Origin: Limnohabitans sp. Rim8
GTDB taxonomy: Bacteria; Pseudomonadota; Gammaproteobacteria; Burkholderiales; Burkholderiaceae_C
Direction of reading: 5' to 3'
Assembly: GCA_945877725.1 (NCBI GenBank)
Contig: CAMDXR010000001.1
Span: 1 to 35,741 of the forward strand
DNA length: 35,741 nucleotides
A model generated the notes under the pieces. The model had not been told where the DNA came from. It ran no database searches and saw nothing but the letters and a program-made list of their open reading frames with translations. A program made the translations under genes and the position numbers. This document shows positions 17,775-34,774 of the stretch, in pieces. Each line of letters opens with the position of its first letter. Position 1 is the stretch's first letter.

Positions 17775-19211
17775 TCAGCCCGGCAGTTGTGCCAGACCCA
17801 ACGGGTTAGTGACTGTCTTGGCCGCCAAAGGCTTGACCAGACGACTCGATCGCAACATGGGCCCCAAGGCCACCAGCACGACAAACAACAAATAAATTTC
17901 CAGGTGGTAAATAAAGCTGTAGGCGGTGATGGGGGTGACCAGGGCTTCGCCCAAGCTGCCGGACATGGCCAACACCGAGACCCCGTCGCGCAAGGCCCCG
18001 CCCAATGCCATGGCCGCACCGGCACTGGTGGCTTGTACTGCGCCCCAAGTGCCCACCACCAAACCGCCTAGGCGGGCATCGCCCATTCCCATAGCGGTGA
18101 CCAGCATGCCCACCGAAAAGAGGCCGCCACTGAAGCCGATCAGGCCCACGCCGAGCCGGAACAGCCAAGCCGCCTCAAGGGGGCCTGAAAAAATCACCAT
18201 CGCAAAGGCTGGCAAGCCCAAGACAACACCCAAACTGGCCAGGCGGCAAGCGTGCAAGCCGCCCGACAGCCAGCGTGAGGACAGCATGAAGGCCAACAGC
18301 GCACCGCCTGCGCTGAGGGCGGTCAGGGCACTGGTCATGCCGACATCAAGCTTCAGGATTTCGGCGGCATAAGGCTCCAGCACGATGTCCTGCATGTTGA
18401 AGGCAAAGGTACCGAGTGCCAGGGTCCATAAAAAGCGGCGCATTTGTGGCTGTGCCATCAACTCGCGCCAGCTGCTGGCAAAGCCACCGGCTTCGCGACG
18501 ACCGCGTTTGGCTTGTCTGGCTTCTTGCTTCCAGAGTGAGGCCAGGTTCAAAATGGCGACCAGTAAAGCGCAGCCTTGCACCACTTGGATCAATTTTTGC
18601 GGACTGAAATGGTCCAGAACAAGACCAAATACCGCGCTGCTGCCGATCATGCCGAGCAGCAACATGCTGTACAGCAAGGCCACCACACGGGGGCGTTTTT
18701 CTTCAGTGGCCAAGTCGTGCGCCAGCGCCATGCCAGCAGTCTGAGTCACCTGAATCCCCGCGCCGACCAGCACAAAAGCCAGGCCTGCACCCAACTGACC
18801 CAGCCAAAGGTTGGCATGCTCGGCCTCGGACAAAAGCAACAAAGCGAAAGGCATGATCGAAAGACCACCAAACAGCAACAAAGTGCCCATCCACAAATAA
18901 GGAATGCGGCGCAGCCCAAGCGCCGATGGGTGCGTGTCACTGCGGTAGCCAATCAGGGTACGCAGCGGGGCGAACACCATGGGAATAGCCACCGCCAAGG
19001 CAACCCACCAAGCGGGGACCTGAAGCTCGACAATCATGACCCGGTTCAGGGTGCCCACCAGCAAGGCCGTGACCATCCCGATCACCACCTGAAACAGCGA
19101 CAAGCGCAGCAGGCGTGCCATCGGCAGCTCGGGCGACGCGGCGTCGGCAAACGGCATGAACCGTGTGCCATAAGCCGTGAGCCAGCGAGGAACCGGGATG
19201 TAAAGTTTCAT
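17775..19211 (-). CDS. lhaA: LH1 assembly protein LhaA (PucC family)
   Basis: PFADAAS.ELP..RLLRLSLFQ, GTLNRVMIVEL, QDIVLEPY. Lies between bchM and puhA. ATGA overlap with bchM. Confidence 0.9.
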   Translation of the reverse strand: MKLYIPVPRWLTAYGTRFMPFADAASPELPMARLLRLSLFQVVIGMVTALLVGTLNRVMIVELQVPAWWVALAVAIPMVFAPLRTLIGYRSDTHPSALGLRRIPYLWMGTLLLFGGLSIMPFALLLLSEAEHANLWLGQLGAGLAFVLVGAGIQVTQTAGMALAHDLATEEKRPRVVALLYSMLLLGMIGSSAVFGLVLDHFSPQKLIQVVQGCALLVAILNLASLWKQEARQAKRGRREAGGFASSWRELMAQPQMRRFLWTLALGTFAFNMQDIVLEPYAAEILKLDVGMTSALTALSAGGALLAFMLSSRWLSGGLHACRLASLGVVLGLPAFAMVIFSGPLEAAWLFRLGVGLIGFSGGLFSVGMLVTAMGMGDARLGGLVVGTWGAVQATSAGAAMALGGALRDGVSVLAMSGSLGEALVTPITAYSFIYHLEIYLLFVVLVALGPMLRSSRLVKPLAAKTVTNPLGLAQLPG

Positions 19212-19915
19212 GAGCGGGCCCACTCCCAGGCTTGGGAGGTGTAAAAACCGCTGGCCACGCGCTGCATGCGGGCCCCTTGCCAGCCTTGCAGGTCGGGGGC
19301 CGCTTGCATGCGCTGCAGCAAATCGGCATGGGCCACTGGCGACAAAGAAGGTGAACGGTCACTGCGTGGAAATAACCTGCCCGCACTGTGCATCAAGGCC
19401 AGCAGGGGGGTACGAGGCGCGAAGGTAAAGACCATCGAGCTGCGGGTGCGCTGTGCCAGCCCGGCCAAAGCCTGGGCAATTTGATCGCAGTCGTAATGGA
19501 TCAAGGAGTCCATGCACACCACATGGTCAAAATGGCCCAACTCGGGGCTGAGCATGTCACCTGACAAAAATTGCACCGATCCGGGCAAGGCAGGGTGCTC
19601 GGCAGCCATGCGTTCAGCGGCCAGTTTGACCAGAGTGGGCGACAGGTCGATGGCCACCACCTCGGCCCCACGCAAAGCAGCTTGCAAGGCCAGGGCCCCC
19701 GTGCCACAACCTGCGTCCAGAAGGCGCAAGCCCCGCATGTCTTGCGGCAACCAAGACAACAAGGTCTCGCGCATGGTGTCGCGTCCGGCCCGTACCGTAG
19801 CCCGAATGCGCCCAACGGGCTCGTTCGATGTCAGGCGGGCCCAGGCATCAGCGGCCGTGCGGTCAAAGTAATGCTCGATCTGGCTGCGGCGTTGTTCGTA
19901 AGCGGTGGTGTTCAT
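19208..19915 (-). CDS. bchM: Mg-protoporphyrin IX methyltransferase
   Basis: YFDRTAADAW.RLT, IRATVRAGRD, LDAGCGTG, MDSLIHY, FTFAPRTP, SGFYTSQA. Confidence 0.96.
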   Translation of the reverse strand: MNTTAYEQRRSQIEHYFDRTAADAWARLTSNEPVGRIRATVRAGRDTMRETLLSWLPQDMRGLRLLDAGCGTGALALQAALRGAEVVAIDLSPTLVKLAAERMAAEHPALPGSVQFLSGDMLSPELGHFDHVVCMDSLIHYDCDQIAQALAGLAQRTRSSMVFTFAPRTPLLALMHSAGRLFPRSDRSPSLSPVAHADLLQRMQAAPDLQGWQGARMQRVASGFYTSQAWEWARS

Positions 19916-19925
19916 GACGGCGCTT

Positions 19926-24629
<4,704 letters not shown>

Positions 24630-24655
<26 letters not shown>

Positions 24656-26243
24656 CGTAGAGGGTCTCCACGGTGATGGTGGCCACGCCCTGGTCCAGGG
24701 CAAATCGCTCGGTGTTGCGGCGGGCCTTGCCGCGCACAAAGAACGGGATCTTGCCCAGCTCCTTTTCCGCTTCGACGCTCCAGGTGGCCTGGTTGGAAGC
24801 GGTTTGGGCTGGGGCGGCAACGGCTTGCACAGGGGAGTGGGCCAGGGGTTCCAGGGTGGGTTTGTCCGTGCTGACCTGAGGCTGTGTCAGGGTGTTTTCA
24901 CTGGCTGGGCGTGTGCTGCCCAGGTGCGAAGGAGCGGCTCCTGCATGAAACTCAAAGTCTTGCCGGAACATGCCCAACAGGTGTTCTTCGAGCCCCATCA
25001 TCAAGGGGTGAACCCAAGTGTCGAACAGCACATTGGCCCCCTCAAAGCCCATTTGCGGGGCATAGCGTGCGGGGTAATCTTGCACATGCACAGGGGCCGA
25101 GATGACGGCGCAGGGAATGCCCTGGCGCTTGGCAATGTGGCGTTCCATTTGCGTGCCCAAAATCAGTTCGGGTTGCAGCGCTTGAATCTGGGTTTCGACC
25201 TCTAAGTAGTCGTCGGTGATCAGGGCTTCGACGCCGTGGCGTTTGGCGCAGTCGCGCACTTCGCGAGCAAATTCGCGGCTGTAGGTGCCCAAGCCGACCA
25301 CCTCAAACCCCATTTCTTGGCTGGCCACACGGGCGGCGGCCACCACATGCGTGGCGTCACCAAAAAGGTAGACGCGTTTGCCGGTCAGGTAGGTCGAGTC
25401 CACCGATTTGGCATACCAGTTGGCGTGCGCATTTTCGGGGTCTTGGGCGGGCAATGGCAAACCGGTGAGGGCACAGACCTCGGCCATGAAGTCGCGTGTG
25501 GCGTGGCTGCCCAAGGGCACGGTCTTGGTGTAAGGCTGGTCAAACTGACGCTGCAACCATTGCGCGGCACTCAGGCCTGTTTCGGGGTAAAGCACCACAT
25601 TGAAGTCGGCTTCAGCCAACTTTTCGATGTCGGCGACGCTGGCGTTCAGCGGGGCCACCACCGCTACATCAACGCCCAATTGATTCAACAGCAAGGTGAT
25701 TTCCTTGACATCGTCGCGGTGCCGAAAGCCCAGTGCCGTAGGGCCCAGGATGTTGCAGCTGGGGCGGGCTTTGGGGGCTTTTTCGTCCACAGGGGTGGCG
25801 GGCTTGTGCACCAGGTGGCGGCACAGTTGGTAAAAGGTTTCGCTGGCGCCCCAATTTTCTTTGCGTTGGTAAGAGGGCAGTTCTAGGGCCACCACGGGAA
25901 TCGGCAATTGCAGTGCTTGCGCCAGACCGCCGGGGTCGTCCTGAATCAGCTCGGCCGTGCAGGATGAACCCACCAACATGGCGGCAGGCTGGAAACGTTC
26001 CATGGCTTGGCGGGCAGCGTCTTTGAACAACTCGGCCGTGTCGCCACCCAGATCGCGGGCCTGGAACGTGGTGTAAGTGACGGGGGGGCGGCGGGGCAGC
26101 CGCTCGATCATGGTGAACAACAAATCGGCATAGGTGTCGCCTTGGGGGGCGTGCAGCACATAGTGCACATCGCGCATGGCGGTGGCCACGCGCATGGCCC
26201 CCACATGGGGCGGTCCTTCGTAAGTCCAGAGCGTCAGTTGCAT
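24630..26243 (-). CDS. bchB: DPOR subunit B
   Basis: [39 protein letters not shown]-terminal [15 protein letters not shown]. Confidence 0.97.
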
Positions 26244-26260
26244 GGGGTTTTCCTGCGCTT

Positions 26261-28047
<1,787 letters not shown>

Positions 28048-28081
28048 GAAATACCTTTTCGGCGGTTGGGCTGGGTTTGAA

Positions 28082-28120
28082 TGTAAGTCTGGACATACAG
28101 TGTGTCAACATAAATTGACA
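28082..28120. promoter_or_regulatory. Tandem PpsR/CrtJ operators (TGT-N12-ACA x2) in the divergent bchF/aerR promoter region
   Basis: TGTAAGTCTGGACATACA (28082-28099) and TGTCAACATAAATTGACA (28103-28120). The second contains TTGACA on both strands. Confidence 0.85.
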
Positions 28121-28299
28121 ATAAATAACGTGTCTAGGGTTTACACTGGATACAATTAAACGGAATCGAATCACACTGGATGTGTGTTTTGGACAGGGTT
28201 TGCATGATCTGCAGGCCCAACAAACGCAATTCTTGCGACGAGCACTCCAAAGTGTTGGAGCCTGCCGCTGGTGAATCCCTCTGATGATCGGTGCTTGTC

Positions 28300-29106
28300 A
28301 TGGCGCAATTCAATTTTGAAAACTCGCAGTCCCCGCCTTTGCCGCCCGGGTCTGTGGTGCCTCTGCCTGAAGCCCTGAGGCAAGGAGTTCCTGTGGGCCC
28401 TCGTTTGGTGGGCGGGACGTCGTTTGCCGGCAAGGCGGCGATTGATCAGGCGCAAATACACATCCTGGCCCAAGCCTGCCTGCAAGGGCTGGATGCCGCA
28501 CGGCAGGTTATTTTTAGCTGGCAGCGCCAAGGGCAGTCGCTGGAAGATATCTATATGCAGGGCATTGCACCCTGTGCCCGTTTGCTGGGGGAGTGGTGGT
28601 CTGCAGACCAGTTGGACTTCGCCATGACCACCATCGGGTCTGCACATTTACAACAGTTGTTACACGACTTCAGCGTGGAGTTTTTGCAAGAATCCCAGGT
28701 AGACCGCAATGGTTGGAGCCTGCTTTTGGTGACGGAACCGGGCGCCCAGCACAGCATGGGCTTGTTCATGTTGAGTGAGTTTTTCAAGCGGGCCGGCTGG
28801 CTTGTCACCGTCGGGGTGCCCCAAGACGTCACCGAATTCAAGCGGCTTTTCCAGTCGGATTGGTTCGACGCTGTGGGCGTCTCGGTCAGCACCGACCGGC
28901 ATTTGAACACTTTGGCAGCCTTGCTGCCAAAGCTAAAAGATGGCTCGGACAACCTCGCATTGAGGATGTTTGTGGGCGGCCCCATGGCCAAGCTGGCGCC
29001 TGAGCGGCTGCGAGCCTTAGGTGCCGAGGTGCTCGCGCAAGAGGCGCCTGAGACGGTCAAAATCCTGACGCAGCGCATGCCTTCGGGTTCTGCCCGCGTG
29101 TCATGA
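28300..29106 (+). CDS. aerR: AerR/PpaA cobalamin-binding antirepressor (copy 1)
   Basis: IAPCARLLGEWW..D..DF, PGAQHSMGL, WFDAVGVSV, VGGP. Canonical position between bchF and ppsR. Alternative GTG start at 28291. Confidence 0.85.
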   Translation: MAQFNFENSQSPPLPPGSVVPLPEALRQGVPVGPRLVGGTSFAGKAAIDQAQIHILAQACLQGLDAARQVIFSWQRQGQSLEDIYMQGIAPCARLLGEWWSADQLDFAMTTIGSAHLQQLLHDFSVEFLQESQVDRNGWSLLLVTEPGAQHSMGLFMLSEFFKRAGWLVTVGVPQDVTEFKRLFQSDWFDAVGVSVSTDRHLNTLAALLPKLKDGSDNLALRMFVGGPMAKLAPERLRALGAEVLAQEAPETVKILTQRMPSGSARVS

Positions 29107-29238
29107 ACTCGCGTTTGGGTGCGCCCATCTACACGACTTATTTAAGGGAAATAAGTCGCCACGGAATTTATAAGCCTATACTGGCATTACAAATACAAGT
29201 GTCAATTTTTTGATGCTCAAACCTGTTTGGTTTACAAC

Positions 29239-30627
29239 ATGAAGCTTCCCGCACTGGAACCGTCCACTTTTTCCCAGCTCTTGGGGGTGGTCTCGGATGT
29301 CACTTTGGTCATGGACCCGCAGGGCGTGATTGAGGACGTGTCTACCGGGCGTGACACTCTGGCTGCCTTGGGTTGCCAGGGCTGGATCGGACGCCGTTGG
29401 ATCGACACCGTCACCACCGAGAGTCGCATCAAGATTCAGGACATGTTGCAGTCCCGGGGCACCCCCGAGGTCATGCGCTGGCGCCATGTGAACCACCTGT
29501 CGCCCATGGGCAACGAAGTGGCCTTGCAATATGTCATGTTGCCGCTGGAGGGCGGTAAACTGCTGGCCATGGGCCGCGACCTCGAAAGTTTGGCCGAACT
29601 GCAGCGCCGCTTGGTCGAAACCCAGCAATCCATGGAACGTGACTATCTTCGTTTGCGGCACATTGAGGCCCGATACCGCGTTTTGTTCGACACCAGTTCC
29701 GAAGCTGTGCTCATGGTCGATGCCACCTCGCAACGTGTGATCGAAGCCAATGTGGGGGCTCAATCCCTGCTCAAGGATGCCGGCAAACGCTTGGTCGGGC
29801 GGGATATTCGGGAATGTTTTGAAGGCGATAGCCAAGGCGAAGTCCAGTCTTTGCTGCGCATGTCGCTGGCCACGGGCCGCATTGAAATGTGTTCTGCCAA
29901 GGTGGCGGGCTTGCCCTCTACCTGGACCGTGTCGGCCACGGTGTTCCGCCAAGAGGGTGGGGCACAGTTTTTGGTGCGTTTGGTGAACCGTGACATCGTC
30001 CCTGAGCCTGGCCACGACGCCGGTTCTCCGGCTGCTTTGGCAGAGGCCATGCAGCATTTCCCCGATGGTTGGATTCTTACTGACACCTCGGGCAGGATCA
30101 AAAGCATCAACGAGGAAGGCATGGCTTTGTTGGGCCTGACGGCCACCTCTCAGGTGGTGGGCCAAAGCATGGAGCGCTGGATGTCGCGGGGGGCCGTTGA
30201 CTGGGGCGTACTCAATACGGGCTTGCGTCAGCAACTGCCGGTGCGAAATTTCGCCACCGAAGTTCGCACTTTGTCGGGCCTGACCTTGCCGGTCGAGATC
30301 TCGGCCGTCAGCCTGATCCGCCCCGAACCCCTGTATGTCTTCTTTGTGCGCGACATGGACCGGCGCATGCCGGGCACGTCCACATCAACCCAAAGCCCGG
30401 CGCACCCCTTTGCCGAGTTGTCTCAGTTGGTGGGGCGCCGCCCAATCAAGGACATTGTGGGCGAGACCGTCGACACCATTGAGCGCATGTGCCTCGAAGC
30501 CGCGCTCGAACTGACCCATAACAACCGTGCATCGGCGGCTGAAATGCTGGGTTTGTCGCGCCAAAGTCTGTACGTCAAGCTGCGCCGCTTTGGCATGGTG
30601 GCTGAAACCGAACTCGAAGCCAATTGA
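29239..30627 (+). CDS. ppsR: PpsR/CrtJ photosynthesis gene repressor
   Basis: PAS domains, Q-linker LVETQQSMERDY, Fis-type HTH IERMCLEAALELTHNNRASAAEMLGLSRQSLYVKL with the redox Cys. Confidence 0.95.
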   Translation: MKLPALEPSTFSQLLGVVSDVTLVMDPQGVIEDVSTGRDTLAALGCQGWIGRRWIDTVTTESRIKIQDMLQSRGTPEVMRWRHVNHLSPMGNEVALQYVMLPLEGGKLLAMGRDLESLAELQRRLVETQQSMERDYLRLRHIEARYRVLFDTSSEAVLMVDATSQRVIEANVGAQSLLKDAGKRLVGRDIRECFEGDSQGEVQSLLRMSLATGRIEMCSAKVAGLPSTWTVSATVFRQEGGAQFLVRLVNRDIVPEPGHDAGSPAALAEAMQHFPDGWILTDTSGRIKSINEEGMALLGLTATSQVVGQSMERWMSRGAVDWGVLNTGLRQQLPVRNFATEVRTLSGLTLPVEISAVSLIRPEPLYVFFVRDMDRRMPGTSTSTQSPAHPFAELSQLVGRRPIKDIVGETVDTIERMCLEAALELTHNNRASAAEMLGLSRQSLYVKLRRFGMVAETELEAN

Positions 30628-30631
30628 TATT

Positions 30632-30672
30632 TGTACGATTTGATTGACACATAGTGTCAATCCCGGTTGACA
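30632..30672. promoter_or_regulatory. Tandem PpsR operators upstream of bchG
   Basis: TGTACGATTTGATTGACA (30632-30649) and TGTCAATCCCGGTTGACA (30655-30672). Confidence 0.85.
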
Positions 30673-30700
30673 TTTCTTAAACTCTCTCCACAATGGGGGC

Positions 30701-31624
30701 ATGGACAGTCCGCCCCTAGCCCTCACGCCACCCCGCACACGGCCTGCGCTGGGCACTGTGGCGGAGCTCCTCAAACCCATTACTTGGTTCCCACCCATGT
30801 GGGCCTTTGCCTGTGGCGCCATCGCTTCAGGGCAAAGCCTGAGTGCGCAATGGGGTCTGGTGGCTTTGGGCCTGGTGTTGACCGGCCCCTTGGTTTGCGC
30901 CAGCAGCCAGGCCGTGAACGACTGGTTCGACCGCCACGTCGATGCCATCAATGAACCCCACCGCCCGATTCCTTCAGGCCGCATGCCCGGCCGTTGGGGC
31001 CTGGGCATTGCCATTGCCTGGACGCTTTTATCCCTGTTGTGGGCCACCTTGATGGGACTTTGGGGTTTTCTGGCTTGTGCCCTGGCCATTGTGTTGTCTT
31101 GGGCCTACAGTGCGCCCCCGGTTCGCCTCAAAAGCAATGGTTGGTGGGGCAATTCAGCCTGCGCCCTGAGCTACGAAGGGCTGGCTTGGATCACGGGTTC
31201 GGCTGTCATGTTGGGCGGAGCCTGGCCCGGCCCACATTCGCTGGCGCTGGCGCTGCTTTACAGCGTGGGGGCACACGGCATCATGACGCTGAATGATTTC
31301 AAGGCCATAGAGGGTGACCGGCGCATGGGGGTGGCCTCTTTGCCGGTGCAGTTGGGCGCGCAGGGGGCCGCCCGGTCCGCTTGTTTGTTCATGGGCTTGT
31401 CCCAATTGGCTGTGGCAGCCTTGCTGTTTTATTGGCAATTGAACGGGCATGCCTTGGCGGTGTTGCTGCTTTGTTTCATGCAATGGCCCCTGATGTCGCG
31501 TTTTTTAAACCATCCGGTCGAGCGGGCCCTGCACCTTTCGGCCTTTGGCGTGCCCTTGTTTGTCAGCGGCATGATGGTGAGTGCTTGGGGCCTGCGCCAA
31601 CTTAACCCCATGGTGCTGGCATGA
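30701..31624 (+). CDS. bchG: Bacteriochlorophyll synthase
   Basis: ELLKPITWFPPMWAF.CG, NDWFDRHVDAINEP.RPIPSGR, GIMTLNDFKAIEGD. Confidence 0.96.
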   Translation: MDSPPLALTPPRTRPALGTVAELLKPITWFPPMWAFACGAIASGQSLSAQWGLVALGLVLTGPLVCASSQAVNDWFDRHVDAINEPHRPIPSGRMPGRWGLGIAIAWTLLSLLWATLMGLWGFLACALAIVLSWAYSAPPVRLKSNGWWGNSACALSYEGLAWITGSAVMLGGAWPGPHSLALALLYSVGAHGIMTLNDFKAIEGDRRMGVASLPVQLGAQGAARSACLFMGLSQLAVAALLFYWQLNGHALAVLLLCFMQWPLMSRFLNHPVERALHLSAFGVPLFVSGMMVSAWGLRQLNPMVLA

Positions 31625-32976
31625 ACACACCTTTTTTTGGCTGGTTTCAAATCATTCGTTTGGGCTTGATTCAGGCTTGTCTGGGTGCGGTAGTGGTGGT
31701 GACCACCTCTACCCTGAACCGCATCATGGTGGTGGAACTGGCCTTGCCCGCCTTGTTACCCGGCTTTTTGGTGGCCTGGCATTACGCCGTGCAAATGGTG
31801 CGTCCCCGCATGGGTTTCGGTGCTGACAAGGGCCGTCGCTGCACCCCTTGGATGATGGGCGGCATGCTGGTGTTGGGCGTGGGCGGCGTGATGGCCGCCA
31901 CTGCCACCGTCTGGATGGCCAGTCAGCCGCTGTACGGCGCCTTGATGGCTTTCTTGTCTTTCAGCCTGATCGGTTTGGGCGTCAGCGCCTGTGGCACTTC
32001 ATTGCTGGCCTTGATGGCCAAACAAGTACCAGAGCACCGCCGCGCGCCAGCGGCCACCACGGTCTGGATGATGATGATTTTGGGTTTTGCCGTGACGGCG
32101 GGCGTGGTAGGCAAGCTGATTGACCCCTATACCCCCCAAGTGCTGCTGCAAGTGTCGGCGGGGCTGAGCGTGGTGACTGCCTTGCTCACCGCCGTGTGTT
32201 TGTGGGGCCTTGAAAAAGACGCAGGGCCAGCCGCTGAAAACGAGCGGATTGTGGGCACAGAGCGCTTGCAAAAACAAAATTTCAAAGAGGCTCTACAGGA
32301 AGTCTGGACCGATCCTGCAGCCCGCACCTTCACTGTTTTTGTCTTCATGTCCATGCTGGCCTACAGCGCCCAAGACCTGATTTTGGAACCCTTTGCCGGT
32401 GCAGTGCATGGCTTTACGCCGGGTCAAACCACCCAGTTGTCGGGTTGGCACCACATGGGGGTTTTGATCGGCATGTTGGCCGTGGCGGGCGCCGGTTCTG
32501 CTTGGGTGCGCGGCCGTTTGGGGTCGGTGCAGGCTTGGATGGTGGGCGGCTGCCTGATGTCGGCCCTGGCTACGGTGGGTTTGTGCAGCTCGGCGCTTTC
32601 GGCTGACTGGCCACTCAAGGCCAACGTGGTGTTTTTAGGGGTGGCCAATGGCGCCTTTTCGATTGCAGCCATCGCCACCATGATGCGGCTCGCCGGTGAA
32701 GGCGGTGCTGGCCGCGAAGGCACGCGCATGGGATTGTGGGGCGCTGCGCAAGCTGCGGCCTTTGGTTTAGGCGGCTTGCTGGGCACCGCTGCCAGCGATC
32801 TGGCCCACGCACTGCTGGGCGAGCAAAGCACGGCCTATGCGGCCGTGTTTGGCATGCAAGCGCTCATGTTTGCCATGTCGGCGGCACTGGCTGCGCGCCT
32901 GCGCAGCGGTGTGGTCAGGCGCACGCCCATTATTTTTGACAGAAGCTCAATGCTGAAAGGCGGGTCAACCCCATGA
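31621..32976 (+). CDS. PucC/BCD-family MFS protein (Bch2-type)
   Basis: RLGLIQA.LGAVVV.TTSTLNRIMVVEL, AQDLILEPFAG, REGTRMGLWGAAQA. Lies between bchG and bchP. Confidence 0.88.
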   Translation: MNTPFFGWFQIIRLGLIQACLGAVVVVTTSTLNRIMVVELALPALLPGFLVAWHYAVQMVRPRMGFGADKGRRCTPWMMGGMLVLGVGGVMAATATVWMASQPLYGALMAFLSFSLIGLGVSACGTSLLALMAKQVPEHRRAPAATTVWMMMILGFAVTAGVVGKLIDPYTPQVLLQVSAGLSVVTALLTAVCLWGLEKDAGPAAENERIVGTERLQKQNFKEALQEVWTDPAARTFTVFVFMSMLAYSAQDLILEPFAGAVHGFTPGQTTQLSGWHHMGVLIGMLAVAGAGSAWVRGRLGSVQAWMVGGCLMSALATVGLCSSALSADWPLKANVVFLGVANGAFSIAAIATMMRLAGEGGAGREGTRMGLWGAAQAAAFGLGGLLGTAASDLAHALLGEQSTAYAAVFGMQALMFAMSAALAARLRSGVVRRTPIIFDRSSMLKGGSTP

Positions 32977-34181
32977 ATCAGACCGATTACGACTTTGTAG
33001 TGGTGGGTGGTGGACCTTCGGGTGCCACAGCCGCACATGACCTGGTGCGCCAAGGCTGGCGTGTGTTGTTGCTTGATCGCCAGGGCCGTACCAAGCCCTG
33101 CGGCGGGGCCATACCGCCCCGACTGATCAAGGACTTTGACATTCCTGACCATTTGTTGGTGGCCAAAGTGCGTTGCGCCCGCATGATCTCGCCCTCTGAC
33201 AACAAGGTAGACATTCCAATTGACAACGGTTTTGTCGGCATGGTCGACCGGGATGAGTTTGACGAGTACCTGCGGGATCGTGCAGCCCAGTCTGGGGCCG
33301 TGCGTTGTCAGGCTATTTTCGACAAAGTTGAGCACGACAACACCGGTCAGTTGTGGGTTAACTTCACGCCGGTCACATCCAAAGAACATGCCGCGTCCGA
33401 GCACGCCAAACCCATCCGGGTCAGCACCCGCATGGTGGTCGGGGCCGATGGTGCCCGCTCTGAGGTGGCACGACAAGCCATTCCCAATGCGCACAAAACC
33501 AAATATGTCTTTGCCTACCACGAGATCATCGAGTCACCCATTGGGCAACCTGGCTACGATGCAGCGCGCTGCGACGTGTATTACCAGGGCGAGGTTTCAC
33601 CCGATTTTTATGGCTGGGTGTTCCCGCACGGCAAGACCATGAGCGTGGGCATGGGCAGCGCCGACAAAGGGTATTCGCTGCGCAGTGCCACGGCCAGGTT
33701 GCGTGCCATTGCCGGGCTCAGCAACGCACCGACTTTGCGCCGTGAAGGTGCCCCTATCCCCCTGAAACCTCTGCCCCAATGGGACAACGGACACGATGTG
33801 GTGGTGGTGGGTGATGCCGCCGGGGTGGTGGCACCATCGTCGGGCGAGGGCATTTATTACGCCATGGATTGCGCCCGCCGGGTCGCCCATGCCGCCCATC
33901 TGGCCCTTAAAACCGGTAACCGCTCTTGCCTCAAGCAAGGGCGCAAGAGTTTCATGAAGCAGCATGGGCGCGTCTTCTGGATCTTGGGTGTGATGCAGTA
34001 TTTTTGGTACCAGAACGACCGGCGGCGCGAGAAGTTCGTCAAGATTTGCGAAGACCGTGATGTGCAACGCCTGACCTTCGAGTCGTACATGAACAAAGAA
34101 CTGGCCCGCAAAGACCCAATGGCGCATGTGCGCATCTTCCTGAAAGACATGGCGCACCTGTTGGGGCTGGCCCGAACGTGA
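32973..34181 (+). CDS. bchP: Geranylgeranyl reductase
   Basis: VVGGGPSGATAA, KPCGGAIPPRL, GADGARS, GDAAG.V...SGEGIYYAM, DVQRLTFESYMNK. Confidence 0.96.
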   Translation: MNQTDYDFVVVGGGPSGATAAHDLVRQGWRVLLLDRQGRTKPCGGAIPPRLIKDFDIPDHLLVAKVRCARMISPSDNKVDIPIDNGFVGMVDRDEFDEYLRDRAAQSGAVRCQAIFDKVEHDNTGQLWVNFTPVTSKEHAASEHAKPIRVSTRMVVGADGARSEVARQAIPNAHKTKYVFAYHEIIESPIGQPGYDAARCDVYYQGEVSPDFYGWVFPHGKTMSVGMGSADKGYSLRSATARLRAIAGLSNAPTLRREGAPIPLKPLPQWDNGHDVVVVGDAAGVVAPSSGEGIYYAMDCARRVAHAAHLALKTGNRSCLKQGRKSFMKQHGRVFWILGVMQYFWYQNDRRREKFVKICEDRDVQRLTFESYMNKELARKDPMAHVRIFLKDMAHLLGLART

Positions 34182-34230
34182 GCCACCCATTTTTTGCTGT
34201 ATTCCTCCATTTAACGGGGGTTGCCATTGA

Positions 34231-34728
34231 ATGGCCGCCTTGCGGCGCATGAAATCCCAAGCCTTGATCCGACTGGCTTTGGCCTTTGTTTTCAGTTACG
34301 CCACGGCGGGCATCGGTGCGGCCCTGACCGAGCTTGGCCCTTGGTACTTTGCGCTGCGCCAACCTGCCTGGAAACCTCCGGATGCCGCCTTTGGGGTGAT
34401 CTGGACGACCATTTTTACCCTTTGCGCCATCAGCGGCTGGTTGGCATGGCAAGCCGCCGATACGCCTGCTTTGCGTCGTCGGGTGGCCGGTTTGTTTGCA
34501 GCCAATGCCTTCCTCAACATGTTTTGGAGCGCGCTTTACTTTAAGTGGCAACGCCCGGACTGGGCCCTCATCGAAGTCGTTTTCTTGTGGTTGTCCATCG
34601 TGGCGCTCATCGTCGGCTTGTGGCGACTCTCGCGCTGGGCCAGTGTGTTGTTGCTGACTTACCTGGTTTGGGTCAGCATTGCGGCGGTACTGAATTTGGA
34701 AACAGTTTCCCTGAATGGACCATTTTGA
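34231..34728 (+). CDS. tspO: Tryptophan-rich sensory protein TspO
   Basis: WY..L.QPAWKPP..AFG.IWT, N..WS.LYF..QRPD.AL, YL.WV..A..LN. Confidence 0.9.
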   Translation: MAALRRMKSQALIRLALAFVFSYATAGIGAALTELGPWYFALRQPAWKPPDAAFGVIWTTIFTLCAISGWLAWQAADTPALRRRVAGLFAANAFLNMFWSALYFKWQRPDWALIEVVFLWLSIVALIVGLWRLSRWASVLLLTYLVWVSIAAVLNLETVSLNGPF

Positions 34729-34774
34729 ATATGTAAATAATAACTATTATTAATTAATCCTAGGGTTTTCATGC

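Noticed and set aside
29107-29238. Possible PpsR box upstream of ppsR
   Set aside because: The TGT...ACA spacings found are 7 or 10 nt, not 12. The region is AT-rich and promoter-like but has no consensus operator.
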